The notes beneath the pieces are model-generated. The model saw nothing but the letters and a program-made list of their open reading frames with translations, ran no database searches and was not told the DNA's origin. A stretch of DNA of 64,000 nt from Terriglobia bacterium (GTDB lineage Bacteria > Acidobacteriota > Terriglobia > Bryobacterales > JACQDG01). Below are positions 10,712 to 19,812 of this stretch, piece after piece. Within the stretch, counting starts at the first letter, position 1, and the number at the start of each line of letters is the position of its first letter. A program made the translations under genes and the position numbers. Location: contig JBGPDC010000003.1 in the NCBI GenBank assembly GCA_041482115.1, forward strand, positions 4,695 to 68,694. The letters run 5' to 3'.

Positions 10712-11908
10712 ATGCAGGATTGGAGAGGATGCGTGCAATTTAAGGGAATCTTTTTTGCGGGCCTGGCGCTGAGCGGGCTGATCGTTTTCGGCCTGAGCGC
10801 CCAGAGCGCCGACCCTCCACAGGCGTCCAAGAGTAAGAAATCGTCCAAAACAACTTCGAAGCGTTCTGTTCCGGGCGCCAAGGCGACGGCCAAGACGGGT
10901 GTCCGGCGCACGGTGGCCAAGGGGACGACGGGCCAGACCTGGACGGTCCGTTCCTTTGGCGACTCGACGGCCGGCGATGTGACCGAGGGCGAAGATCTGG
11001 CGGTACGCGAGGCGGCCGTGCAGGCGCTCGGCCCCCTGAACGGCAGCGTCGTGGTGGTGGAGCCCAACAGCGGGCGCATCCTGACGATGGTCAACCAGAA
11101 GCTGGCGCTGGCGAGCGGCTTTATCCCCTGCTCGACGATCAAGGTTCCGGTGGCGCTCGCGGCTCTGAACGAGGGCATCATCAGCCTCCACAGCAAGGTG
11201 CGGCTGGGCAAGCAGTGGTACATGAGCCTCACCGACGCGCTGGCGATCTCGAACAACGTGTTCTTTGCGCGGCTGGGCGAGGCGCTCGGGTTTGAGAAAG
11301 TCCGCGAGTATGCCCAGACCTTCGGGTTCGGTGAGAAGGCGGGCTGGAACATTCCCGGCGAGCAGCTCGGCACCTTTCCAGAAGTCGTGCCGAAGTACGG
11401 CGGGGTGGGACGGCTGTGCAGCTTCGGCCAGGAGATCGCCGCCACGCCCTTGCAGCAGGCCGCCTTCGTCGCGGCGCTGGCCAACGGCGGGACGCTCTAC
11501 TACTTGCAATACCCCCGCACCCAAGAAGAGATTGAGCAATTCGAGCCGAAAATCAAGCGCCGCCTGGAGATCGCTCCGCTGATCCCGCTGGTTTCGCCCG
11601 GTATGCAGGCGGCGGTGAAGCGGGGCACGGCCCGGCGCGCCTACGATCCCACCGACCCGATCATGGGAAAGACCGGCACGTGCAGCCAGGACGGCGCGCG
11701 GATGGGCTGGTTCACCTCCTATAACGACCGGGACAACACCAAGCTCGCCGTCGTGGTGATGCTGCGCGGCGGCCGCGACGTCTTCGGCCCGCGGGCGGCG
11801 GAGGTGGCGGGGCACGTTTACAAGAGCCTCTCGGACCAGAACTATTTCGCGGCCCGCCGGGAAACGGCGTCGGCGGGGAGTCTCTCGGGCGATAACGGCG
11901 GCCAGTAG
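10712..11908 (+). CDS. Penicillin-binding transpeptidase-domain protein
   Basis: SxxK (STIKV), SxN (SNN) and KTG (KTGT) motifs in the correct order. N-terminal TM/signal segment. An alternative GTG start at 10733 is preceded by GGAGAGG. Confidence 0.8.
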   Translation: MQDWRGCVQFKGIFFAGLALSGLIVFGLSAQSADPPQASKSKKSSKTTSKRSVPGAKATAKTGVRRTVAKGTTGQTWTVRSFGDSTAGDVTEGEDLAVREAAVQALGPLNGSVVVVEPNSGRILTMVNQKLALASGFIPCSTIKVPVALAALNEGIISLHSKVRLGKQWYMSLTDALAISNNVFFARLGEALGFEKVREYAQTFGFGEKAGWNIPGEQLGTFPEVVPKYGGVGRLCSFGQEIAATPLQQAAFVAALANGGTLYYLQYPRTQEEIEQFEPKIKRRLEIAPLIPLVSPGMQAAVKRGTARRAYDPTDPIMGKTGTCSQDGARMGWFTSYNDRDNTKLAVVVMLRGGRDVFGPRAAEVAGHVYKSLSDQNYFAARRETASAGSLSGDNGGQ

Positions 11909-11944
11909 TTTTTCGCGTCACCAGACCAGAGGGCCCGGGCTTTT

Positions 11945-13852
11945 ATGGGTCTCATTCGCATCCTACCCGACCGGGTCGCCAACCAGATCGCGGCCGGCGA
12001 GGTGGTGGAGCGTCCCGCTTCCGTCGTCAAAGAGCTGCTCGAAAACTCGCTGGATGCCGGCGCCCGCCGCATCCGCATCGAGGCCGACGCCGGCGGCAAG
12101 CGGCTGATCCGCGTGGCGGACGATGGCTGCGGCATGCTGCGCGACGACGCGCTGCTGGCCTTCGAGCGGCACGCCACCAGCAAGCTCCGCGAGGCGAAAG
12201 ACCTGCTGGCCATCTCGACGCTAGGTTTTCGCGGGGAAGCGCTGCCGTCGATCGGCGCCGTCGCCCGGGTGCAGCTCGAGACCCAGCACGCGCAGGCCAC
12301 GACCGGAACGCGCCTCGAGATCGCCGGCGGCAAGCTGCTCACCGTCGAAGAAGTGGCGCTCGCGCCCGGCACGACGCTGACTGTCCGCGACCTTTTCTTC
12401 AACGTGCCGGCTCGCAAGAAATTCCTGCGCAGCGAGCAGACGGAGCTCGGGCACCTCGCGACGCTGGTAACGCACTATAGCCTGGCCCATCCGGACAAGA
12501 CCTTCGAGCTGAGCACGCCGCGCGGGTCGCTGCTGCACGTGACGCCCGTCGAGACGCTGCGCGAGCGCGTGTTCCAGGTGTTCGGCTCGGAGACGCTCGA
12601 GGAGCTGGTGTCGCTCGGCGAGTGCGAGCGGCAGATGGCGTCGAATCCGCCGCCGGACGCTCCCGGCCTCGAGCCCGAAACGCCTGCCGTGCGGACCTTC
12701 CGCCTGACGGGCTTCGTCTCCCGGCCGCAAATACAGAAGCTCAACCGCAATTCGATTTTTATCTTCGTGAACCGGCGGCTCATTCGGGACCGCCTGCTGC
12801 TCCACGCGCTCTCCTCGGCCTATCACAACCTGATGCCGGGCGGCTGCTATCCGTTTGCGCTGCTGTTCCTCGAGATCCCCCATGAAGAGGTGGACGTGAA
12901 CGTGCACCCCTCGAAGACGGAAGTGCGGTTCCGTCACCAGTCGTTCGTGCACGATTTCCTGCGCGACGCGATACGTGAACGGCTGATCGAATCGAAGCCG
13001 GTTTCGACGCTTCCCGTTTCAGCGCGGCCCGGGTGGTCCGGGCAGCCCTCCGCTGCCATGCCGTATTCGGAAACGACGCTGCTGGTCGAGCAGGCCGACG
13101 CCGAGCGTCCGCCGTCCGACTTTGCCTTGCGGCCCTCTTCCGGTGGGGCGGGACGCTTCGACTTCGGCGCCGCCACTTCCCTAGACGTCGGCCCCATCCC
13201 GGTGCTGGCCGGCGCGCTGCCCGCGGTCGAAGCTGGCCCCGTTGCGGACGACGAGGCGTCTTCGCTCGCGTCCCTCGGCGACCTGCGGCCCCTCGGCCAG
13301 GTGCGCGACAGCTTCATTGTGGCCGCGGGCAATGACGGGCTGTGGATCGTCGACCAGCACGTGGCCCATGAGCGCATCCTGTTCGAAAAGGTGCTGCGGG
13401 AACGTTCGCGCGGGGAGGTGCAGTGCCAGCAGTTGTTGCTGCCGATGGTGGTGCGGCTGAGCCTCGCGCAACAGCTCAACTTTCCCCGCCTCGTGGAGGA
13501 GCTGAACGCCGGGGGCTTTGAGCTGGAGCCCTTCGGCCACGGTACGATCGCCGTCAAGGCGGCCCCGGCCGGACTCGCACAGACCGAGATCGAGAAGCTG
13601 CTGCAGGAAATCCTCGATACGCCGGAGACCGAGCTGCGGCAACTCTCACCCGACGACCTGCGGCGCAAGGTCGCGGCCTCCATCGCCTGCCACGCTGCTA
13701 TCAAGATCAACACGCCGCTCGAGCCGCGCAAGATGCAATGGCTGCTCGACGAGCTGGCCAAGACCGACTGTCCGATGAGCTGCCCGCACGGCCGTCCCAT
13801 CGTGCTGCGGTACAGCATGCGCGAGATTTTGAAGGCCTTTCACCGCACCTGA
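11945..13852 (+). CDS. mutL: DNA mismatch repair protein MutL
   Basis: MGLIRILPDRVANQIAAGEVVERPASVVKELLENSLDAG... (GHKL ATPase N-terminus), DDGCGM, and C-terminal dimerisation region ...CPHGRP. Confidence 0.95.
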   Translation: MGLIRILPDRVANQIAAGEVVERPASVVKELLENSLDAGARRIRIEADAGGKRLIRVADDGCGMLRDDALLAFERHATSKLREAKDLLAISTLGFRGEALPSIGAVARVQLETQHAQATTGTRLEIAGGKLLTVEEVALAPGTTLTVRDLFFNVPARKKFLRSEQTELGHLATLVTHYSLAHPDKTFELSTPRGSLLHVTPVETLRERVFQVFGSETLEELVSLGECERQMASNPPPDAPGLEPETPAVRTFRLTGFVSRPQIQKLNRNSIFIFVNRRLIRDRLLLHALSSAYHNLMPGGCYPFALLFLEIPHEEVDVNVHPSKTEVRFRHQSFVHDFLRDAIRERLIESKPVSTLPVSARPGWSGQPSAAMPYSETTLLVEQADAERPPSDFALRPSSGGAGRFDFGAATSLDVGPIPVLAGALPAVEAGPVADDEASSLASLGDLRPLGQVRDSFIVAAGNDGLWIVDQHVAHERILFEKVLRERSRGEVQCQQLLLPMVVRLSLAQQLNFPRLVEELNAGGFELEPFGHGTIAVKAAPAGLAQTEIEKLLQEILDTPETELRQLSPDDLRRKVAASIACHAAIKINTPLEPRKMQWLLDELAKTDCPMSCPHGRPIVLRYSMREILKAFHRT

Positions 13853-15099
13853 TGCGACGGCCACCGGACTGGCGAAGCGCGGCGATCCTAGCCGCCTTCG
13901 CCCTGCTGCTCGGCGGCGTCGCTGCACAGTACCCCAACCCCGGCGTGCATGCGCGGCCCGGCTGGTACCCGGACCGGGTGCTGATCGGAGTGGACTTCTA
14001 TCCGCCTTACATTGCCGCTCACGCGCTGCGTGCCGGCTTGCCGCTCTACGAGGATCTGCGCGGCCGGGGCGGCCCTTTCACCGACCCGATCGGTGCCCAC
14101 GAGGGATTGGGTAGCCGCTATACCTATCCGCCTCCAGTCGCCTATCTGTACTTGCCGCTAAGCTGGTTCCCGGTCCCGGCAGCCTGGAGGATCCACACTG
14201 CGCTGGCCATCGCCGGACTGACCCTGACCCTCTGGCTCCTGACTCGCCTGGCCGGCGGTGGGGCCGGCTTCTGCCTGCTCCTGGCGGCGTTGACCGCTGT
14301 CTTTTACCCCGTCTATCTGGCCCTGGTGAACGGCAACGTGGCGCTCTGGTGTTACGTGCTGCTGGTGATTGGAATGTGGTCTTGGACCTGCCGGGGCTCG
14401 GACACGCGCGGAGCGCTCGGCTTGGCCCTTTCGATCGTCGTCAAGGTTTATCCAGTGGTATTCCTGGTTTACTTCGCCCTGCGAAAACGCTGGCGGCTGC
14501 TTTGCTACACCGGCGCCGCGTTGCTGATCATGGTGGCGCTGACGGCCCAGGGCGGCGCGTATCCGCTATTTTTCGAGCGGGCGCGCGAGTTCGACCGCTT
14601 TGTCCAGGCGTGGCATCTGAATGCTTCCTTCTTCGGAATCCTTATGATGCGGGGCGTCTCGCACGGTACGGCTTATCTCGCGGCGAGAATCTTCTCGGGT
14701 GTGGTGGTGGGGCTGGCACTGCTCGCGGTGCGGCGTCCGTCGGCGGAGCGGTTTGGGGAGCTCCTCGACGGCGGACTGCTGGGCGCTGCGATGCTCCTCG
14801 TGCCGAACACCAATTACGATTACAACCTGATCTTCCTGCTGCCGGGTGTGGCGGCGCTGCTGGCTGTAGCGCGCGATGACGCGGCCCGCGTGAGGGGTCC
14901 GCTGGTCCTCGGGGCCATTTCGTTCTTGGCCCTGGCGGTGCCCACCGAGTGGATGGCGAGAATGGTGTCAGGCTGGGGACTGCACGGGCATGACGCCGAG
15001 CCCGCGGCCAGTAAGTTCGGGTGGTTGCTGCTGTTCTTTGCGGCGCTGCTGTGGCGGCGGCTGGCCGGGCCTGCCCGGACAGTTGCCTCGCCAACCTGA
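13852..15099 (+). CDS. GT87/DUF2029-like polytopic membrane glycosyltransferase
   Basis: The ATG overlaps the mutL stop (TGATG). Highly hydrophobic multi-TM protein. The N-terminal loop motif VDFYPPYIAAHAL is shared with the paralogues at 41158 and 45552. Confidence 0.55.
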   Translation: MRRPPDWRSAAILAAFALLLGGVAAQYPNPGVHARPGWYPDRVLIGVDFYPPYIAAHALRAGLPLYEDLRGRGGPFTDPIGAHEGLGSRYTYPPPVAYLYLPLSWFPVPAAWRIHTALAIAGLTLTLWLLTRLAGGGAGFCLLLAALTAVFYPVYLALVNGNVALWCYVLLVIGMWSWTCRGSDTRGALGLALSIVVKVYPVVFLVYFALRKRWRLLCYTGAALLIMVALTAQGGAYPLFFERAREFDRFVQAWHLNASFFGILMMRGVSHGTAYLAARIFSGVVVGLALLAVRRPSAERFGELLDGGLLGAAMLLVPNTNYDYNLIFLLPGVAALLAVARDDAARVRGPLVLGAISFLALAVPTEWMARMVSGWGLHGHDAEPAASKFGWLLLFFAALLWRRLAGPARTVASPT

Positions 15100-15122
15100 A
15101 CCTGCGAAACTACTTTCCAATT

Positions 15123-16400
15123 ATGAGGCTTATGACACTTGCGTTCCTTGCGTTGTTTGCCGCGTCCGCCGAGGCGCAGCAGTACGACCTGCTCCTCAAG
15201 GGCGGCCACGTCATCGATCCGCGCAACAACCGCGACGGCGCGATGGACGTGGCCATCGCCGCCGGCAAGATCGCCGCGGTCGCGCCCAACATCAACCCGG
15301 CGCAGGCTAAGCAGACCATCGACGCGAGCGGCCTTTATGTGGCCCCCGGCCTGGTGGACATGCACGTGCACCTGTTTTACACTCCCGACCTCCACGGCGC
15401 GTGGGCGGGCGATCAGAGCATCATGCCCGACGGGTTCAGCTTCCGCGCCGGGGTTACAACGATGGTGGACGCGGGCACCGCCGGCTGGCGTAATTTCGAG
15501 GCCTTCCGCTATGGAGTGATCGATCATGTCAAGACACGTGTCTTCTCCCTGATCAATATCGCGGGCCTCGGAATGTCTACCAACTCGGCCGAGCAGGTGA
15601 AAAGCGAATTCCAGCCCGAGCAGGTGGCGAAGCTCGCGGCCAAACACAAGGACATCGTGGTCGGGATCAAGTCGGCCCACTACGAGGCGCCCGACTGGGA
15701 GTCGGTCGACAAGGCCGTCGCGGCCGGGAAGCTGGCGAACATCCCGGTCATGGTCGATTTTGGTTTCTTCCGCGCCGAGCGGCCCTACTATCAACTGGTC
15801 ACCGAACATCTGCGTCCTGGCGATATCAGTACCCACTGCTACCGCTCGGCGGTGCCGTGGATCGACGATAACGGCAAGGTCTATGACTACCTGTACAAGG
15901 CGCGGGCGCGCGGCGTGAAGTTCGACGTCGGGCACGGTGGCGGCAGCTTCGTCTTCCGCAACGGCGTGCCGGCCATCCAGCAGGGTTTCTATCCGGACTC
16001 GATCTCGACCGATCTTCACGGCGGCAGCATGAACGCGCCCATGATGGACATGACCACGACGATGTCGAAGTTCCTGGCGATGGGCATGCCGATGAAGGAG
16101 ATTATCCTGCGCTCCACGTGGAACCCGGCACAGATGATTCACCATCCCGAGGTGGGGCATCTTTCGGTGGGCGCGGTCGCGGACGTGGCGGTGCTGCGGG
16201 TCGAGAAGGGCGAATTCGGATACGCCGATTCGGCCGGCGGCCAGTTGCGCAGTAACCAGCGGATTTTCGCCGAGCTGACGCTCAAAGACGGCGAGGTTGC
16301 CTGGGACTTGAACGCCCGTGCGGCGAAGGACTACAAGACCCTGGGGCCCACCTACGGGCTGCGTCCCGCCCCAGGCGACGTTCTCGTGAGGCCTAAATAG
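15123..16400 (+). CDS. Secreted amidohydrolase-superfamily metallohydrolase (dihydroorotase/deacetylase-like)
   Basis: Signal peptide MRLMTLAFLALFAASAEA. YDLLLKGGHVIDP...GLVDMHVHLF (HxH metal motif). Confidence 0.8.
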   Translation: MRLMTLAFLALFAASAEAQQYDLLLKGGHVIDPRNNRDGAMDVAIAAGKIAAVAPNINPAQAKQTIDASGLYVAPGLVDMHVHLFYTPDLHGAWAGDQSIMPDGFSFRAGVTTMVDAGTAGWRNFEAFRYGVIDHVKTRVFSLINIAGLGMSTNSAEQVKSEFQPEQVAKLAAKHKDIVVGIKSAHYEAPDWESVDKAVAAGKLANIPVMVDFGFFRAERPYYQLVTEHLRPGDISTHCYRSAVPWIDDNGKVYDYLYKARARGVKFDVGHGGGSFVFRNGVPAIQQGFYPDSISTDLHGGSMNAPMMDMTTTMSKFLAMGMPMKEIILRSTWNPAQMIHHPEVGHLSVGAVADVAVLRVEKGEFGYADSAGGQLRSNQRIFAELTLKDGEVAWDLNARAAKDYKTLGPTYGLRPAPGDVLVRPK

Positions 16401-16401
16401 A

Positions 16402-17763
16402 GTGGCAGAACCCAAACTTCTCAAAGAGCTGCATTTTTGGGACGTGCTGGCGCTGATGCTGGGCGTCACGATCGGGGCGGGAATCTTCGCCGTTCCGGGC
16501 CGGATCGCGCAATACTTTCCGTCTTTCCAGGCGATCGCCATCGCGTGGATCGCGGCCGCGGCGTTCTATTTTATCGGGACGCTGGTCTACTCCGAGCTGG
16601 GGGCGCGGCTGCCGCACACCGGCGGCGAGTACGTCTATATTCACAAGGCCTTCGGACCCTTGCCGGCGTTCATTTACGGGTGGGCGCAACTGTTGATTGT
16701 GCGGACCAATCCGGTGGCGGCGCTCTCGCTGGTATTCGCGCAGTACGCGAGCAGCCTGGTGCCCATGAGCGACGGGGGACAGCACCGGCTGGCGGCAGCG
16801 ATGATTGTGAGCTTGGCCGCCGTCAATTATTGCGGTCTGCGGCCGGGCAAGCGGGTGCAGGTTGTGACGTCCATCATCAAAGTCGGCGGCCTGCTCACCT
16901 TCGCCGGCGTCGCATTGTTTTCGCTTCACAACATCGGACCCAACCTCGCGAGCACGCATCCCATCAACCAGCAAGTGGGCGCCGTCGGCGGCGTTGCGAC
17001 CGCCATGCTGCTCGTGATGTGGGCCTTTGTGGGCTGGGACCGCGTCGGATATGTGGCCGGCGAGATGCGCAACCCCCAGCGGGACCTGCCGCTCGGGTTT
17101 GCCTGCGGCGCCCTGCTGATCGCGTTCCTGTATATGTCGATGAATTTCACCTACCACGCCGCACTGCCGATTTCGAAAGTCACCGGCTCAAAAGTGGTGG
17201 CGGCCGACGTGGCGCGCCTGCTGTGGGGGACCACGGGCGTGTCCCTGCTGGCGCTGCTGGTGATGGTCTCGACCCTGGGCGCCAACAACGGCAACATCCT
17301 GGCGTCGTCGCGGGTCTACTACAAGATGGCCAACGACGGGTTGTTCTTCCGGTCGCTCGCGTCGGTGCACCCGCGCTGGCACTCGCCGCATATCTCGATT
17401 CTGGTGCATTGCGGCTGGGCCCTGGTGTTGCTGTTTGCGGCCGGGACTGTCGAGAACCTGGTCAGCTCGTTCGTCTTTATCGGGCAATTGTTCTGGGGCC
17501 TCTGCACGATAGCGTTCTTCAAGTTCCGGTGGCAGGGGGGGGCCACTCCCTTCAAAGCGCCCGGCTACCCGGTGCTGCCGGCGCTCTACCTCACGGCGAT
17601 CGCCGCCATGACGGTGGCGACCTGCTACTACAGTCCCCGTTCTGCCCTGGCCAACCTGGCCATCCTAGCCACGGCCTTCCCTTTCTACTTTTTCTGGCAA
17701 CGGAGACAACGGCGCCTCGAGGCGGCTGCGCCCTCTCCAACGCCTGCCCTGGTTGAAGACTGA
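16402..17763 (+). CDS. APC-superfamily amino acid/polyamine permease
   Basis: About 12 TM segments. N-terminal GVTIGAGIFAVPG motif and GGEYVY motif are typical of APC transporters. Confidence 0.85.
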   Translation: MAEPKLLKELHFWDVLALMLGVTIGAGIFAVPGRIAQYFPSFQAIAIAWIAAAAFYFIGTLVYSELGARLPHTGGEYVYIHKAFGPLPAFIYGWAQLLIVRTNPVAALSLVFAQYASSLVPMSDGGQHRLAAAMIVSLAAVNYCGLRPGKRVQVVTSIIKVGGLLTFAGVALFSLHNIGPNLASTHPINQQVGAVGGVATAMLLVMWAFVGWDRVGYVAGEMRNPQRDLPLGFACGALLIAFLYMSMNFTYHAALPISKVTGSKVVAADVARLLWGTTGVSLLALLVMVSTLGANNGNILASSRVYYKMANDGLFFRSLASVHPRWHSPHISILVHCGWALVLLFAAGTVENLVSSFVFIGQLFWGLCTIAFFKFRWQGGATPFKAPGYPVLPALYLTAIAAMTVATCYYSPRSALANLAILATAFPFYFFWQRRQRRLEAAAPSPTPALVED

Positions 17764-18881
17764 TGATCGAACTTTGTTCCCCGGCGGAACTCCGGCCGCA
17801 ACTGGAGTCTGCCTTCCGCTTCGCCCAGCAGCAGGTGCGGGGACTTGTGGAGCGCGACCCCGATTTCTACCCGATGTACACGCGCGACGGCCGCTGGCGC
17901 CACTCGGGCGAGGCCTGGACCCACTGGTGCGACGGCTTCCTGCCGGGCATGATGTGGATCTTCCACGAGCGCACCGGCGATCCCTCGTGGCGCGAGCTAG
18001 CCGAGCGGTACTCCCGGCCGCTTGAGCCGCGCAAGCTCGACCGCGCTGTCCACGACCTGGGTTTCATCTTCATGTCGACCTACTACCGCTGGTTCCGGCT
18101 GACGGGCGACCCGGCGATCGAAGAGGTGGTAATCCAAGGCGGCCGCACGCTGGCGCTGCGCTTCCAGGGGAAGGGCCAATATTTGTGCTCGTTTCTCGGC
18201 CCCGAGTCGTTGTTCATCGACATCATGATGAACGTGGGCATTATCTTCTACGCCGCCCAGCGCACTGGCGACCGCGCCCTCGAAGACGTCGCCCGCCGCC
18301 ACTCGCTGACCACCCGCCGGGTGCTGGTGCGCGGCGACGGCAGTGCGGCTCACGAAGGCATGTATAACACCGCCACCGGCGAATTCCTGCACCAGTCCAC
18401 GCGCCAGGGTAAGCGCGGCGACTCGTGCTGGTCGCGCGGCCTCACCTGGGCACTCTACGGTTTCGGCACCGTCTACCACTACACGCGCGACCCGCGGTTC
18501 CTGGCCACGGCCGAGGCCTGCGCCGAGTACTACATCCGGAACACCCCGTCCGACGGCGTGCCTCCCTGGGATTACGACCTCGAGCCGGGCGATCCGCAGC
18601 ACGTCGACACTTCGGCGGGGGCGATCGCGGCGTCGGGTCTCCTGCAGCTTGCGGACCTTACGAGCGATGCCTCGCGGGCCGTGCTCTATCGCAACGTCGC
18701 GCTGCGCAGCCTGAAGACACTCACAGGGCCGGCTCACCTGGCAGCGGGGCATCCCGGCTGGGAAGGCATTCTGCGCAACGGCGTCTATCACATCCACAAG
18801 GGACTCGGCGTCAGCGAGAGCGTGACGTGGGGCGAGTACTTCTTCGTCGAAGCCCTGCAGCGCGCGCTGGCCCTTTGTTAG
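17763..18881 (+). CDS. Glycoside hydrolase family 88-like (unsaturated glucuronyl hydrolase-like)
   Basis: (alpha/alpha)6-type sequence with WTHWCDGFLPGMMWIF, DHDLGF-like (VHDLGFIF) and PWDYD motifs. The start overlaps the permease stop (TGATG). Confidence 0.65.
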   Translation: MIELCSPAELRPQLESAFRFAQQQVRGLVERDPDFYPMYTRDGRWRHSGEAWTHWCDGFLPGMMWIFHERTGDPSWRELAERYSRPLEPRKLDRAVHDLGFIFMSTYYRWFRLTGDPAIEEVVIQGGRTLALRFQGKGQYLCSFLGPESLFIDIMMNVGIIFYAAQRTGDRALEDVARRHSLTTRRVLVRGDGSAAHEGMYNTATGEFLHQSTRQGKRGDSCWSRGLTWALYGFGTVYHYTRDPRFLATAEACAEYYIRNTPSDGVPPWDYDLEPGDPQHVDTSAGAIAASGLLQLADLTSDASRAVLYRNVALRSLKTLTGPAHLAAGHPGWEGILRNGVYHIHKGLGVSESVTWGEYFFVEALQRALALC

Positions 18882-18895
18882 GATGAAAAGAGGTT

Positions 18896-18972
18896 GCCGG
18901 TGTAGCTCAGCCAGGTAGAGCGAGGGTCTCATAATCCCTAGGTCGGCGGTTCGAGTCCGCCCGCCGGCACCA
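18896..18972 (+). tRNA. tRNA with CAT anticodon (elongator tRNA-Met, or tRNA-Ile2 if lysidine-modified), CCA encoded
   Basis: I folded the cloverleaf by hand. Acceptor GCCGGTG/CGCCGGC; D arm GCTC-AGCCAGGTA-GAGC; anticodon loop CT-CAT-AA (anticodon 18930-18932); T arm GGCGG-TTCGAGT-CCGCC; discriminator A plus CCA. G1-C72 is paired, so this is not an initiator. Confidence 0.9.
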
Positions 18973-19042
18973 AGTCCTTCAAGACAGAACGCCCCGAACT
19001 TGTTAAGATAGGAGTTTGCGCATTCCGCGCAGGAGTCGCTAG

Positions 19043-19354
19043 ATGTACGCCATTATTGAGACCGGCGGGAAGCAGTACCGGGTGGCCCCGGGCGATGAGA
19101 TCCGGGTCGAGAGCCTCCCGGGAGAACTCAACGCCCCGGTCGAGTTTTCGCGGGTGCTGGCCGTGGCGCAGGATAACGGCAGTGTGCTGGCCGGTTCCGA
19201 CGCCAGTTCGGCCAAGGTGCTCGGCGCCATTACGGGAACCGGCCGGGCCCCGAAAATTATCGTCTTCAAGTTCAAGCGCAAGAAGCAGTATAAGCGCCTG
19301 AACGGCCATCGCCAGAACTTCACCAAGGTGAAGATCAGTGAGATCGTGGCATAA
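19043..19354 (+). CDS. rplU: 50S ribosomal protein L21
   Basis: [23 protein letters not shown]... is a canonical L21 N-terminus. 103 aa. Confidence 0.95.
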   Translation: MYAIIETGGKQYRVAPGDEIRVESLPGELNAPVEFSRVLAVAQDNGSVLAGSDASSAKVLGAITGTGRAPKIIVFKFKRKKQYKRLNGHRQNFTKVKISEIVA

Positions 19355-19357
19355 GCT

Positions 19358-19630
19358 ATGGCACACAAAAAGGGTTTAGGAAGCTCCCGCAACGGCCGGG
19401 ACTCGCAATCGCAGCGGCTCGGCGTCAAGCGCTTCGGCGGACAGCTGGTGAGCGGCGGCTCGATACTGGTCCGCCAGCGCGGCACTAAGATCCAGGCCGG
19501 CGAGAACGTCGGGCGCGGCAAAGACGACACGCTTTTCGCCAAGATCACCGGCACGGTGGAGTTTGTGGACCGGGGTCGTCATGGAAAGGCTGTCCACATT
19601 CGCGTAGCGCCCGCTCCCGCTGTCGCCTAG
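19358..19630 (+). CDS. rpmA: 50S ribosomal protein L27
   Basis: [28 protein letters not shown]... is a canonical L27. Confidence 0.95.
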   Translation: MAHKKGLGSSRNGRDSQSQRLGVKRFGGQLVSGGSILVRQRGTKIQAGENVGRGKDDTLFAKITGTVEFVDRGRHGKAVHIRVAPAPAVA

Positions 19631-19662
19631 GTTTCCGGCGTTCGTCTACGCTCGTTCGCATC

Positions 19663-19691
19663 TTGACTTCCCCTCCCGCGGGTCCATAATA
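19663..19691 (+). promoter_or_regulatory. Sigma70-like promoter candidate upstream of the obg leader
   Basis: TTGACT (19663-19668), 16-nt spacer, CATAAT (19685-19690). The alternative reading is a 17-nt spacer and ATAATA. Confidence 0.4.
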
Positions 19692-19708
19692 GAGGTGGCC
19701 TTAAAGAT

Positions 19709-19797
19709 AGGCGGAAGACGCCGGACGGCACTCCACCCGAATGGAGCGGAGGACCACCCGATGGGTGGCCGAAAGGGTCCGACACGTTCTTCCGCCT
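19709..19797 (+). ncRNA. Structured RNA element (unassigned cis-regulatory leader or small RNA) between rpmA and obg
   Basis: A 10-bp closing helix AGGCGGAAGA (19709-19718) / TCTTCCGCCT (19788-19797) encloses three hairpins: CTCCA-CCCGAA-TGGAG (19731-19746), CCACCC-GAT-GGGTGG (19754-19768) and CC-GAAA-GG (19769-19776). GGA/TCC closes the last two. A T-rich tract follows (ttctctattttct). Confidence 0.4.
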
Positions 19798-19812
19798 TCT
19801 CTATTTTCTGCC

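Noticed and set aside
14820-16541. 573-aa minus-strand ORF opposite the amidohydrolase gene
   Set aside because: Shadow ORF of a well-supported plus-strand gene, with low-complexity Arg/Gly/His-rich translation.
16437-17756. 439-aa same-strand alternative-frame ORF inside the APC permease gene
   Set aside because: The Arg/Gly/Ala-rich out-of-frame translation has no motifs. The +1-frame product (16402-17763) has the APC motifs and 12 TM segments.
19741-19812. ATG at 19741 as the Obg start (track ORF 19741-20835)
   Set aside because: It would add [24 protein letters not shown] before the conserved (M)FVDE N-terminus. The ATG is buried in a predicted RNA helix and has no Shine-Dalgarno sequence. 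I prefer GTG at 19813. The start remains uncertain.
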